A stretch of DNA of 32,000 bases, taken from positions 1,650,001-1,682,000 of the forward strand of contig NZ_CP047931.1 of NCBI RefSeq assembly GCF_014280175.1, given 5' to 3'. A model generated the notes under the pieces. That model was not told the DNA's origin. It saw nothing but the letters and a program-made list of their open reading frames with translations, and searched no databases. Source of the stretch: Synechococcus sp. A15-28 (GTDB lineage Bacteria; Cyanobacteriota; Cyanobacteriia; PCC-6307; Cyanobiaceae). Of this stretch, positions 1 to 9,632 are shown in pieces (the first letter of the stretch is position 1; each line of letters begins with the position of its first letter). The position numbers were made by a program, and so were the translations under genes.

Positions 1-385
1 GACAGTTCACACCGCTCACCAGCAGCATGGCCGCCGCCAGGGTGCAAGTTATGGCGCCGATGAAGGCGCTTGTGGGGGAAAGGCGACCAGAGGGAAGAGC
101 ACGGCCGCTGGTGCGCGCCATGCGCCCATCCAGATCCTGCTCCCACAGACAGTTGAGAACTCCAGCCGCGGCAGAGGCCAGTGCCCCGCCACCCAGGGTG
201 CAGACCAGACGGGGGGAGGACAAAGGCCATCCCTCGGTGAGAGCCATGCCGCCCAGGGTGGTGGCCAGAAGCAAGGGGATCAGCCTTGGTTTGGCCACTT
301 CAAGCCAAGGGGGGAGCTTGATTCGTTTCCTCGAGGGAACGACCTGATCACGAGTGGGAAGGGCAGCGGAGATGGCTTCAGCCAT
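1..385 (-). CDS. ctaB: Protoheme IX farnesyltransferase (heme O synthase), N-terminal part; runs off the window edge
   Basis: Reverse-strand translation from the ATG at 385 gives [49 protein letters not shown]..., typical of the CtaB N-terminus (KPRLIPLLL). Start overlaps the ctaA stop. Absent from the ORF track because it is open at the window edge. Confidence 0.88.
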   Translation of the reverse strand, partial: MAEAISAALPTRDQVVPSRKRIKLPPWLEVAKPRLIPLLLATTLGGMALTEGWPLSSPRLVCTLGGGALASAAAGVLNCLWEQDLDGRMARTSGRALPSGRLSPTSAFIGAITCTLAAAMLLVSGVNC

Positions 386-1373
386 GACAAGGCTCCAGAG
401 AGGAGTCGTCGAGGACGACGGAACAGGGGACGACAGCAACAGACGCTGGACGGCGCACCAAAAGCGCCGCCAAAAGACCCACCAGCAGCGCTGCCACCAG
501 CTGATGGGCCACCGTGACCAGGGGTTGATCCAGCCCAAGCCGGAGGGTGGTGATGCCGAGGATGACCTGGGTGGCCACCAGCGCCACTGCAGACAGGAGC
601 AGCGGCCACTGACGGCGACTCCACCCACCCGCCAGCAAGGCCACCAGGACAAACAACAGCACCAAACCGGCGACAGGGGCTGCCGCGGAGCGATGCCAGG
701 CCAGCCACCGGCAAGCCTCACCACCGGCCAGGCAGCGCTGGGCTGCCCAGGACGTGGCCATGCGTGCCCCCAGCAGGCACTGGCTCACCACACCGGCAAG
801 GGCAAGGGCGGAGAGGGGACGCCACCACCAGGGAGGCTGACCATCCGTGGACTGCAGCAGACACTGCGTCAATCCGCTGAGCAGAGCCACAAGCGTGAGC
901 GCCAAGGCCAGATGAGCCGTGACCACCGCCGATGGCAGCAACTGCAACACCGTGAGAGCACCGAGGCCACCCTGCAGAGCAACCAGCAACACCAGCGAGC
1001 CACTCATCCAGGGGAGCCATCGAGGCAGGGAACGCCTCCAAAGAACGGAGACGGTGGCCATCACCACCAGGGCGATGCCGATGACGAAGGCATCAAGGCG
1101 ATGGAACCACTCCAGGAACACCTGGATGTTCATCTGACGACCGGGAAGGAGCGTTCCGAAGCAAAGGGGCCAGTCCGGACAGGCCAGACCCGCCTCCATG
1201 ACGCGGGTTGCCCCTCCGATCACCACGAGGGCAACTACAGCAACAACAAGATGAGCCGTGAGACGCCCCAGACGGCGTCGCAGTGGAGTCGTGGAGGAAA
1301 GCATCATCAACCTCTCGTCTCCAGGATTCGAAAAGGTCTGATCGAAACGTAGCGATGGCTGTATGGACGTCAC
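378..1373 (-). CDS. ctaA: Heme A synthase (COX15/CtaA family)
   Basis: 331 aa multi-pass membrane ORF with [21 protein letters not shown] and [12 protein letters not shown] motifs; GTG start; directly upstream of ctaB and divergent from ctaCDE. Confidence 0.93.
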   Translation of the reverse strand: MTSIQPSLRFDQTFSNPGDERLMMLSSTTPLRRRLGRLTAHLVVAVVALVVIGGATRVMEAGLACPDWPLCFGTLLPGRQMNIQVFLEWFHRLDAFVIGIALVVMATVSVLWRRSLPRWLPWMSGSLVLLVALQGGLGALTVLQLLPSAVVTAHLALALTLVALLSGLTQCLLQSTDGQPPWWWRPLSALALAGVVSQCLLGARMATSWAAQRCLAGGEACRWLAWHRSAAAPVAGLVLLFVLVALLAGGWSRRQWPLLLSAVALVATQVILGITTLRLGLDQPLVTVAHQLVAALLVGLLAALLVRRPASVAVVPCSVVLDDSSLEPCHG

Positions 1374-1505
1374 CTTGTGTGGAGGTCTGCAACACCTTCG
1401 CCCTCTCCAAGGTGCACCTTTGCTGACACAACCAGCCCCTTAAGAAACAATCCATGGAGATGCCGAACAAGCTCCATACGCTGAGATCAGTCTGGGATTG
1501 GAGCC

Positions 1506-2321
1506 ATGCAGATCCCATCAGCCATCGTCACTCTGGTGATCGGGATGCTCCTCGCCATTGGGGGGCTTTGGATCGGTCAGAACATCAATCTCCTACCGGT
1601 TGATGCGAGCGTCAACGCACCGATTTACGACGAACTTTTTCGGGTTCTGTTCACAATCGGAACGATTCTGTTTGTGGGCATCGTCGGACTTCTGATCTAC
1701 AGCTTGATCCGATTCCGTCGCCGAAGCGATCAACTCGGTGATGGAATCGCCATCGAAGGCAATCTTCCTTTGGAGATTTTCTGGACTGCCGTCCCGGCTG
1801 TTGTTGTGCTGTTCGTTGGCCTCTACAGCTACGACATCTACGATCGCATGGGCGGAATGGTGCCGCTGGCTCACGACCACATGGCTGGGACCAGTGAAGA
1901 GCGCATCTGGGGCGGAATCAGCTCTGGCTCAACACTGTCTGACAACACCGCAGCCAGCGCACTGCCGATTGATGTGACGGCCATGCAATTTGCCTTTCTC
2001 TTTCATTACCCGGAGGGAGATATCACAGCGGGAGAGCTGCATGTACCGGCAAACCGACCGGTTACGCTGCATATGGAGGCGAAGGATGTGATTCATGCCT
2101 TCTGGGTGCCTGAATTCCGCCTCAAACAGGACGTCATCCCTGGGCAACCGACCCAATTGAGTTTCACGGCCACCCGCCCGGGACGTTATCCAATCGTCTG
2201 CGCAGAGCTCTGCGGCCCGTATCACGGCGGCATGCGCTCCACGGTGGTTGTCGACGAACCTGACGATTGGGATGCCTGGTTCAGCAGCAACGCCAAAACG
2301 GAAGACACCACCACGACTTGA
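1506..2321 (+). CDS. ctaC: Cytochrome c oxidase subunit II
   Basis: 271 aa ORF with two N-terminal TM segments, EIFWTAVPAVVV, and the CuA motif CAELCGPYHGGM. Confidence 0.96.
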   Translation: MQIPSAIVTLVIGMLLAIGGLWIGQNINLLPVDASVNAPIYDELFRVLFTIGTILFVGIVGLLIYSLIRFRRRSDQLGDGIAIEGNLPLEIFWTAVPAVVVLFVGLYSYDIYDRMGGMVPLAHDHMAGTSEERIWGGISSGSTLSDNTAASALPIDVTAMQFAFLFHYPEGDITAGELHVPANRPVTLHMEAKDVIHAFWVPEFRLKQDVIPGQPTQLSFTATRPGRYPIVCAELCGPYHGGMRSTVVVDEPDDWDAWFSSNAKTEDTTTT

Positions 2322-2325
2322 TCCG

Positions 2326-3996
2326 ATGACTGTTGCCATCCCACCTCAGACCAGCTCATCCAGCCCAAGGCTTCAACCCACCGGCTGGCTTCGCTACTTC
2401 AGCTTCAGCGTCGATCACAAGGTGATCGGCCTGCAGTACCTGGTCTGCGGCTTTCTTTTCTATCTGATCGGTGGAGCTCTCGCCGGGGCGATCCGTACGG
2501 AACTAGCCAGTCCGGTCTCGGACTTCATGGCCAGGGATGTTTACAACCAGGTGCTCACCCTGCACGGCACGGTGATGATCTTTCTGTGGATTGTGCCGGT
2601 GGTGAATGGCGCCTTCGGTAATTATCTGATTCCCTTCTATGTGGGCGCGCGGGACATGGCATTCCCGCGACTGAACGCCGTGGCCTTCTGGCTGATCCCT
2701 CCCGCAGGGCTGATGCTGATCACCAGCTATTTCCTCACGGGAGCGGCTCAGTCGGGCTGGACCGCCTATCCACCCTTGAGCATCACCACGCCTGCCACAG
2801 GTCAGATCATCTGGATCCTCAGTGTTCTTCTCCTGGGGGGGAGTTCCATTTTCGGTGGCATCAATTTCATCGCGACGATTCTCAAGCTCCGCCGCCCCGG
2901 ACTGAAGTTGATGCAACTGCCGATGTACTGCTGGGCAATGCTGGGCACCAGCATTCTGGTGGTTCTGTCCACGCCGGTTTTGGCCGGAACCCTGGTGTTG
3001 CTGAGTTTTGACATCGTGGCTCACACTGGATTCTTCAACCCAGCTCTCGGAGGCAATGTCGTTGTTTATCAACATCTGTTCTGGTTTTATTCCCACCCAG
3101 CGGTTTACATCATGGTGCTGCCGGCCTTCGGCCTGGTGAGCGAAATTCTGCCCGTACACGCGCGCAAACCGCTGTTCGGCTACGTAACGATGGTCTATTC
3201 GATCATGGCAATTGTGGTGCTCGGCCTGGTCGTCTGGGCGCACCACATGTTCACCAGTGGCACGCCGCCCTGGATGCGCTTGTTCTTCACGATCGCCACC
3301 GCCTTCATTGCCGTTCCGACAGGAATCAAATTCTTCAACTGGCTGGCCACCCTCTGGGGAGGGCGCATCACCCTGAACAGCGCGATGCTGTTTTCCTGCG
3401 GCTTCATCGTCAATTTCGTGCTGGGGGGCATCACCGGTGTGGCCCTCGCCCAGGTTCCCTTCGACATTCATGTGCACGACACCTACTTCGTGGTGGCTCA
3501 CTTCCACTACATCGTCTTTGGTGGGTCGGTGTTCGTGATCTTCGCCTCGGTGTACCACTGGTATCCGAAGTTCACGGGACGGATGCTTAATGAAGATCTA
3601 GGGCGCCTTCACGGCGCCCTCACCTTCATCGGGTTCAACCTCTGTTTTGGTCCCCAGCACTGGCTGGGTCTGAATGGCATGCCGCGGCGCGTCGCCGAAT
3701 ACGACCCGCAGTTCACGTTGATCAATCAGATCAGTTCGGTTGGAGCTTTGCTCATGGCGATCAGCACCCTTCCATTTCTCTGGAACGTTGTGCAAAGCGC
3801 CCTCAGCGGCAAACCCGCCGGAGACAACCCCTGGAATGCCCTCACACCGGAATGGCTGACCAGTTCACCGCCACCGGTGGAGAACTGGATCGGGGAAGCT
3901 CCTCTTGTGGAGGAGCCCTATGGCTACGGCGTTCCCGTTGATCAACTTGACCTGACCGCCACCAGCGGTCGTGACCTCTGGAGCAGCGGCAAATGA
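2326..3996 (+). CDS. ctaD: Cytochrome c oxidase subunit I
   Basis: FSVDHKVIGLQYL, HGTVMIFLWIVP, FWFYSHPAVYIMVLP, VHDTYFVVAHFHYI heme-copper oxidase motifs. Start taken at ATG 2326 (MTVAIPPQTS), 4 nt after the ctaC stop, rather than the upstream frame start at 2248. Confidence 0.97.
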   Translation: MTVAIPPQTSSSSPRLQPTGWLRYFSFSVDHKVIGLQYLVCGFLFYLIGGALAGAIRTELASPVSDFMARDVYNQVLTLHGTVMIFLWIVPVVNGAFGNYLIPFYVGARDMAFPRLNAVAFWLIPPAGLMLITSYFLTGAAQSGWTAYPPLSITTPATGQIIWILSVLLLGGSSIFGGINFIATILKLRRPGLKLMQLPMYCWAMLGTSILVVLSTPVLAGTLVLLSFDIVAHTGFFNPALGGNVVVYQHLFWFYSHPAVYIMVLPAFGLVSEILPVHARKPLFGYVTMVYSIMAIVVLGLVVWAHHMFTSGTPPWMRLFFTIATAFIAVPTGIKFFNWLATLWGGRITLNSAMLFSCGFIVNFVLGGITGVALAQVPFDIHVHDTYFVVAHFHYIVFGGSVFVIFASVYHWYPKFTGRMLNEDLGRLHGALTFIGFNLCFGPQHWLGLNGMPRRVAEYDPQFTLINQISSVGALLMAISTLPFLWNVVQSALSGKPAGDNPWNALTPEWLTSSPPPVENWIGEAPLVEEPYGYGVPVDQLDLTATSGRDLWSSGK

Positions 3997-4601
3997 CCTC
4001 GACACTTCCTGTGCAGCCTGAAAGCTCACCTGCCATAGACCCCCACGGGCACGAGGAGCACGCTGACCACCGCATGTTCGGCCTGGCCACCTTTCTCGTT
4101 GCTGATGCGATGACCTTCGCCGGCTTTTTCGCGGCCTACCTCACCTTCAAGGCCGTCAACCCCTTGCCGGAGGGAGCCATCTACGAGCTCGAGCTGCCGC
4201 TGCCCATCCTCAACACGGTGTTGTTGCTGGTGAGCAGTGCCACATTTCACAAGGCTGGGCAGGCCATCCGCCAGAACCTTCAAAGCCGTTGCCGCAACTG
4301 GTTGCTGGTCACCGCAGGGTTGGGACTGGCCTTTCTGGTCAGTCAGATGGTCGAATACTTCACCCTCCCCTTCGGTCTGACCGACAACCTGTTCGCGAGC
4401 ACCTTTTTTGCCGCCACAGGATTCCATGGATTGCACGTCACCCTTGGTGCTCTGATGATCCTGATCGTCTGGTGGCAAGCAAGTACCGACGGTGGACGCG
4501 TGACGGCAGACAATCACTTTCCCCTTGAAGCGGCCGAGCTGTACTGGCACTTCGTGGATGGAATCTGGGTGATTTTGTTCATCATCCTCTATTTACTCTG
4601 A
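3993..4601 (+). CDS. ctaE: Cytochrome c oxidase subunit III
   Basis: 202 aa; FGLATFLVADAMTFAGFFAAYLTFK, GFHGLHVTLGALM, YWHFVDGIWVILFIILYL. Overlaps the ctaD stop (ATGA). Confidence 0.96.
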   Translation: MTSTLPVQPESSPAIDPHGHEEHADHRMFGLATFLVADAMTFAGFFAAYLTFKAVNPLPEGAIYELELPLPILNTVLLLVSSATFHKAGQAIRQNLQSRCRNWLLVTAGLGLAFLVSQMVEYFTLPFGLTDNLFASTFFAATGFHGLHVTLGALMILIVWWQASTDGGRVTADNHFPLEAAELYWHFVDGIWVILFIILYLL

Positions 4602-4619
4602 TCGCTTGCCAGGGCTGGG

Positions 4620-5096
4620 ATGCATGGCCACAATTCATTTGAATTGATTGCGGAAATGCTGGTCGGCAAAGAACTGCTGGACAAGGCCAGATCGCTCAGC
4701 AATCGGCCGGAGGATGACATCGCGAGAGGTTGTGGTTACGTCGGTCCCAGTGGCCGATTGCTCAAGAAGAGCTTTTACCGAGCGCTGGTCGAAGCAAAAG
4801 CAGAGGCCCAGGGTTGGCAACTGCCTCGAAGCACAACCAGCGGTGGAGGCAGTGGAAGCCGCGGCCGTCAGGCCGAATTCCGCACCCGAGTGCATGGCAA
4901 CGGCAATCTGCTGATCGGTCACGCCTACACCAAGCGTCTGGGCCTGGAACCTGGACAGGAATTCCGGATCGAACTGAACCGCGACTCCAGGTCCATCTGC
5001 CTGCTCCCACTGAACGACGAGACGACGGAAAGGACTGGCGATCAGGTCCAGCCGTTCTCAGAAAGCCAGTCCTCCGAAATGGCCGGTGTGGAGTGA
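4620..5096 (+). CDS. Cyanobacterial AbrB-like (cyAbrB) transcriptional regulator
   Basis: LLKKSFYRALVEAKAEAQGWQLPRS...GRQAEFRTRVHGNGNLLIGHAYTKRLGLEPGQEFRIEL matches the cyAbrB family pattern as I know it. Confidence 0.8.
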   Translation: MHGHNSFELIAEMLVGKELLDKARSLSNRPEDDIARGCGYVGPSGRLLKKSFYRALVEAKAEAQGWQLPRSTTSGGGSGSRGRQAEFRTRVHGNGNLLIGHAYTKRLGLEPGQEFRIELNRDSRSICLLPLNDETTERTGDQVQPFSESQSSEMAGVE

Positions 5097-5695
5097 TGGT
5101 TGTCCTGACCATCGGCCACAAGGAGCCGTTCTGCGTAACGCGCTAATTGATCAGCCTCCAGGTTCACGTGGTCTCCCACGACCAGTCTGCTCAAGGTGGT
5201 AACGCTCCAAGTGTGGGGAATCACCGCCAGTTCAAAGGTCACGCCATCATCTGAACACGAAGCCACGGTGAGGCTGATGCCGTCGACCGCGATGCTGGCT
5301 TTTTCGCAGACATAGCGCCCGAAGCGTGGCTCGTTCCAGCGCAGCCCCAGCTGCCAGGACTGGGGACGTTCCACAACATCAATCACCTCACCGACCGCAT
5401 CGATGTGACCGCTGACCAGATGTCCGCCAAGGCGATCACTGAGCCGCAGGGCAGGCTCCAGGTTCACAACCCCACCCTGTTCCGCCTTGCGTCCCAGCGT
5501 GGTTCGCTGCAGGGTCTCCTCGCTGACGTCTGCACGAAAGCCCTCACCGACACATTCGGCCACCGTGAGGCAGACCCCATCCACGGCGACGCTGTCGCCA
5601 AGGCTCAGGGGGCCGAAGGGTTCACAGCCTTCCACGAGCAAACCTTTCCCCCGGCGCTGAATCCGACCCACTGCCTGGACTAATCCTGTGAACAT
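5042..5695 (-). CDS. ribE: Riboflavin synthase (alpha subunit)
   Basis: MFTGLVQAVGRI...GDSVAVDGVCLTV...SDRLGGHLVSGHIDAVG...ISLTVAS duplicated lumazine-binding domain signatures. Confidence 0.95.
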   Translation of the reverse strand: MFTGLVQAVGRIQRRGKGLLVEGCEPFGPLSLGDSVAVDGVCLTVAECVGEGFRADVSEETLQRTTLGRKAEQGGVVNLEPALRLSDRLGGHLVSGHIDAVGEVIDVVERPQSWQLGLRWNEPRFGRYVCEKASIAVDGISLTVASCSDDGVTFELAVIPHTWSVTTLSRLVVGDHVNLEADQLARYAERLLVADGQDNHHSTPAISEDWLSENGWT

Positions 5696-5752
5696 GGCTC
5701 AGCGCCCGATCCCTTCCCACTGGTCATAATCGGTTAGTGCTGCAGCGCCGCC

Positions 5753-6316
5753 ATGGTGGAGATGAGCGTTGCCGGTATTGCTCTCGACGCGGCGAGTCGT
5801 ACGCCGATCGTTCTGCTGAGAGATCCAAGCGGTCGGCGCCAGGTTCCGATCTGGATCGACCAGACCCAGGCCCACAACATCATGGCTGGATTGCAGGGGA
5901 CGGAACAGCCTCGCCCCCTCAGCCACGACCTCATGGCCGCTTTGCTCGTGGCCGGTGGTCTTGAGCTGGAGCGGGTCATCGTTCATGCCATCGAAGACAG
6001 CACCTTTCATGCGGTGCTCAAGCTCCGGCAAACCGATCCGTTGGAGCAGGCCGATGAGGAGAACACCGTCCTCCATGACGTGGATGCTCGCCCGAGTGAT
6101 GCCATTGCCCTGGCGGTGCGAACCGGCAGCAGCATCTGGATGCTGGAGGAGGTGGTGGCGGAAGCCTCCATTGCCGTGGATGCCGAAGCGGATGCCCGAG
6201 ACCAGAGCGACTTCAACCGTTTCGTGGACGACCTCAGCCCCGCCGCCCTGGTGAAGCACCTGCGCCACCGCCATCAAGGGCAGGATCCTGGGCCGGACAG
6301 CCCAGATCAGGGGTGA
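5753..6316 (+). CDS. Bifunctional nuclease family protein (DUF151)
   Basis: MVEMSVAGIALDAASRTPIVLLRDPSGRRQVPIWIDQTQAHNI...RPLSHDL...ARPSDAIALAVRTGSSIWMLEEV. Confidence 0.88.
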   Translation: MVEMSVAGIALDAASRTPIVLLRDPSGRRQVPIWIDQTQAHNIMAGLQGTEQPRPLSHDLMAALLVAGGLELERVIVHAIEDSTFHAVLKLRQTDPLEQADEENTVLHDVDARPSDAIALAVRTGSSIWMLEEVVAEASIAVDAEADARDQSDFNRFVDDLSPAALVKHLRHRHQGQDPGPDSPDQG

Positions 6317-7431
6317 GACGTCCCTTCGGGACTGGACGACCGGTCAGCCTGTTCACCCTCGGCACCATGCGGGCCCTCGGCTCGGTCGAACAGATGAGCG
6401 AGGTGCTTCAGGCAGCGGTCCTCGCCGGAATCAATCACCTCGAAACGGCTCCGGCCTACGGCCCGGCGGAGGACTTCCTGGGCCAGGCACTGCAGCGAGC
6501 GGACCGACAGCCCGATGGAGGCTGGGTGATGACCAGCAAGCTGCTGCCGGGCCTGTCCCTGAGGGAAGGCAAGCATCAGCTGCTGAAGATCCTGGAACGT
6601 CTGGGCTGCAACAAGCTCGACAACCTAGCCATCCATGGCCTCAACCGGCCCGAGCATCTCGACTGGGCCCTGCAGGGGGATGGCAGGGCCTTGCTGGACT
6701 GGGCCCAGGGGGAGGGCCACACCGTCCAGGTGGGGTTCAGCAGCCATGGCAGCCAGGACCTGATCGCAACAGCCATCAGCAGTGGGCGATTCCAGTTCTG
6801 CAGCCTGCATCTCCACCTGCTGGATCCCCAGCGGCTGCCGCTGGCCCTACGGGCCTTGAAGCGGGGCATGGGGATCCTGGCGATTTCTCCGGCGGACAAG
6901 GGCGGACGCCTGCAGGCGCCAAGTCCAACCCTGAAAAGCGATTGCGCCCCGTTCACCCCCCTGCAACTGGCCTATCGCTTTCTGCTGGCCCAGGGGATCT
7001 CCACCCTCAGCGTCGGAGCAGCCAAGGCCTCGGATCTCGCGCTCGCCGCTGCGCTTCAACGCAGTGATTCACCCCTCACAGCAGAGGAACAATCCAGCCT
7101 GCAGCGGTTAGCAGACCATCGCCGAGGGCGTTTGGGATCCGATCTCTGCGGGCAGTGCCAGGCCTGTCTGCCCTGCCCGAATGAGGTGCCCATTCCAGAG
7201 CTGCTGCGGTTGCGCAATCTGGCCATCGGCCATGACATGACCCCCTTCTGCCAGGAGCGATACAACCTCATCGGAAGAGCCGGTCACTGGTGGGAAACCC
7301 TGGATGCCAGCGCATGTCAGCGCTGTGGGGATTGCCTGCCCCGCTGTCCTCACCAGCTGAAGATTCCAGACTTGCTGGCGGACACCCACCGTCGATTGCA
7401 GGCGGCCCCGCGACGCCGGTTATGGGGCTGA
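6313..7431 (+). CDS. Aldo/keto reductase with C-terminal cysteine-rich (4Fe-4S-like) region
   Basis: AKR motifs (GINHLETAPAYGPAEDFLGQAL) and a C-terminus with CGQCQACLPCP and CQRCGDCLPRCP. Confidence 0.88.
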   Translation: MRRPFGTGRPVSLFTLGTMRALGSVEQMSEVLQAAVLAGINHLETAPAYGPAEDFLGQALQRADRQPDGGWVMTSKLLPGLSLREGKHQLLKILERLGCNKLDNLAIHGLNRPEHLDWALQGDGRALLDWAQGEGHTVQVGFSSHGSQDLIATAISSGRFQFCSLHLHLLDPQRLPLALRALKRGMGILAISPADKGGRLQAPSPTLKSDCAPFTPLQLAYRFLLAQGISTLSVGAAKASDLALAAALQRSDSPLTAEEQSSLQRLADHRRGRLGSDLCGQCQACLPCPNEVPIPELLRLRNLAIGHDMTPFCQERYNLIGRAGHWWETLDASACQRCGDCLPRCPHQLKIPDLLADTHRRLQAAPRRRLWG

Positions 7432-8445
7432 GGCACGCCAGCGGTCCTGCAGCACCAATCGCTCCTCCTCCATCAACGGGGGCAACGACCAGCAACGCTC
7501 CCAGCGTGATGCCGGGGGAAGCAGCAGATCTCGCCAAGGCTTGGGCAGGTCTTGACGATCCAGCTCCATCGCGTCGGCCTCAAGCGGTGCACGCCAGCCA
7601 GTTAGCAGCAGTTTGCGGCGAAGGGGAGAGGTCCAGGCCGCGTCAACCCAGGCCTGGGGGAGTGGCTCTCTGGTTTCCTTGGGACGCACCAGCAGCGTCC
7701 AGTGCAATGGGGCTCCTTGAGCGGGAAGCACGGCCGTCAGACGTGGATCACGGCGCAACAGGGGCATGCAGCGCTGCAGGGGCAGCACCACCACCCGGGC
7801 CTTGTCCTTGAGCAACCAGTTGGTGGCGCGGCGGTCGTCCATGGTCAGCAGCTGCTGCCGCAGACGTCGCAGGGTGGAGCGCCCCCCACAACGATCCGCC
7901 AGATCGATCACCCAACGTGGACTCGCGGGAAGAATCACTCGTCCGCGTAGGGACGGTTGCAGAAGCACATCCCAACCTGCCCTGGCCGCTTCGGCCCAGG
8001 CAGCGCCGTTGCGGAACAGCATCACCCAGGGACTCACTCCGACCGGCAACACCTTTCCCGCAAGCAGTTCACCCTGCAGTGCCAGGAGGCGTTGTGCCTG
8101 AGCACCAAGTCTCTGCTCCAAGGGTGGCGCCTGGATCCGCTGCAGTTGATCCGGCGGCAGCCCCTGCAACCATCCGTCGTTGAGGGCCAGCAGATCGCCG
8201 CCGACCCGTTCCTGGTCATCACGGTCCTGGTCATCTCGGTCCGTGGTCTCGGCCTCCTGCCAGGACCAGGTCCAGGGGGATGGCAGCTGCTCCGACCAGG
8301 GCTTGGGAAGGAGGCCGCGGGCAGCACGGAGCTGCGGTGGTGCCGTTCCCCTGCGGCAGGCCGCCACAAGGCCGGCACCGGCGACAGCCCCCAGCTGCAG
8401 CAGGCGGCGACGACTGACCCGACTGGAAAAACCGCTTGCCCTCAT
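7420..8445 (-). CDS. Putative spermidine/putrescine-type periplasmic substrate-binding protein with Tat-like signal and lipobox
   Basis: N-terminus SRRRLLQLGAVAGAGLVAAC (twin-arginine-like plus lipobox-like AAC); internal LPVGVSPWVMLFRN...WDVLLQPSLRGRVILPASPRWVIDLADRC resembles PotD-type proteins. Confidence 0.6.
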   Translation of the reverse strand: MRASGFSSRVSRRRLLQLGAVAGAGLVAACRRGTAPPQLRAARGLLPKPWSEQLPSPWTWSWQEAETTDRDDQDRDDQERVGGDLLALNDGWLQGLPPDQLQRIQAPPLEQRLGAQAQRLLALQGELLAGKVLPVGVSPWVMLFRNGAAWAEAARAGWDVLLQPSLRGRVILPASPRWVIDLADRCGGRSTLRRLRQQLLTMDDRRATNWLLKDKARVVVLPLQRCMPLLRRDPRLTAVLPAQGAPLHWTLLVRPKETREPLPQAWVDAAWTSPLRRKLLLTGWRAPLEADAMELDRQDLPKPWRDLLLPPASRWERCWSLPPLMEEERLVLQDRWRASAP

Positions 8446-9632
8446 GCCTCAGACGCTACGGCGGACGCCAGCAACTGATCCATGGCGCGATCGCAATCCT
8501 CCACGAGGGCCTCGATCGGGTGTCCCTGCAACTGAGCCAACAGCAGCAACCCTCCAGCACCGACGCCCTCCTTGACGAACCCGTCTTCGTAATCACGCAA
8601 GGCGGGCTGCCGACTGGTGTGGAAACGGACGCCACTGGCCAGGCCCGCCAGGGACACACCGAAACGTTGGCCGACCTCGTCCAGCAAACAGCCCAGGGCC
8701 GACATCCCATGGCCGGAGATCGTTTCCTGCGCCAGCCATGCCGTTGAACCGATCAGCACCCGATCCGCCAGGGCCTGCCGCTGCTGATTCGGCAGGGATG
8801 CCAGCGCAAGGGCGACCACAGCAGCCATCTGGCTGCCCCCCCCCAGCAGCAACGGCTGACGGGCCGAGATCAACACGCCGGCGGCCACCGCCTGAAACGG
8901 ATCGCCAACGGCTGCCAATACAGCCTGGGGCGACGGGCTTCCAGACAACTGCGCCCGCTGCAATCCCTGCTCCACCAGCTGTTGTTTCAGCTGCTGTGGC
9001 GGTTGCCGGGCGCTGCCGCTGATCAGCCCCTGCACCGACACCCCAAGGCCTGTGAGCACCGCCTGCGCTGTGGTGGTTCCCCCTGGAACACATTCCGCCA
9101 GCAGGAGTGGACAGCGCAGTTGCGCACCAAGACGCATCCCCTGCTGCCAGAGGCCTTTCACACGCTCAGGCTCCATGGCCTGCCCAGTGGAGACACATAG
9201 TGCTGGACCGACTGCCGGGGACTCGAGGCGCAGGTGAGGGAAGGTCGCCTCATGCTCCAGACCCACGGCCGCCACTTGAGGCTGCATCGGAAGCCGCTGC
9301 AGCGCCACATGGCTCAGCAGAGCGGGCGAGACGCCAGCGGGAAGGGGGGGCAACGGCCAACGCCGGGTCTGACCTGGACCGTTGAGCAGCAGGTCGGCAT
9401 CGGCAAGGGCCGTCAGACGACGGGAAGCAGCGGTGGCTCCCGCCGCAGAAATCCCTTCCCACTCCGCAGTCCGCGTGGCCGCCAGCAACAACAACAGCTC
9501 AAAACTTGTCTCCCTCTGACGCCACGCATCGAGCTGGGCCTGCAACTGCCGTCGACTGCAGCCACTGCCGAGAATCAGGCAACCGGGCGGGAGCCCGTCC
9601 AGCTCAGAGGGGATCAAGGGCAACAAGTCCAT
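8442..9632 (-). CDS. TIGR00303-family protein (nicotinate-nucleotide-dimethylbenzimidazole phosphoribosyltransferase-like, UPF0284)
   Basis: LLLAECVPGGTTTAQAVLTGLG, GDPFQAVAAGVLISA, LLGGGSQMAAVVALAL. Start taken at MDLLPLIPSELDG (9632) rather than the track start at 9713. Confidence 0.8.
   Translation of the reverse strand: MDLLPLIPSELDGLPPGCLILGSGCSRRQLQAQLDAWRQRETSFELLLLLAATRTAEWEGISAAGATAASRRLTALADADLLLNGPGQTRRWPLPPLPAGVSPALLSHVALQRLPMQPQVAAVGLEHEATFPHLRLESPAVGPALCVSTGQAMEPERVKGLWQQGMRLGAQLRCPLLLAECVPGGTTTAQAVLTGLGVSVQGLISGSARQPPQQLKQQLVEQGLQRAQLSGSPSPQAVLAAVGDPFQAVAAGVLISARQPLLLGGGSQMAAVVALALASLPNQQRQALADRVLIGSTAWLAQETISGHGMSALGCLLDEVGQRFGVSLAGLASGVRFHTSRQPALRDYEDGFVKEGVGAGGLLLLAQLQGHPIEALVEDCDRAMDQLLASAVASEA

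Noticed and set aside
354-1352. 332-aa plus-strand ORF
   Set aside because: Antisense shadow of ctaA; H/Q/R-rich, not protein-like.
2503-3558. 351-aa minus-strand ORF
   Set aside because: Antisense to the highly conserved ctaD; H/E/Q-rich low-information composition.
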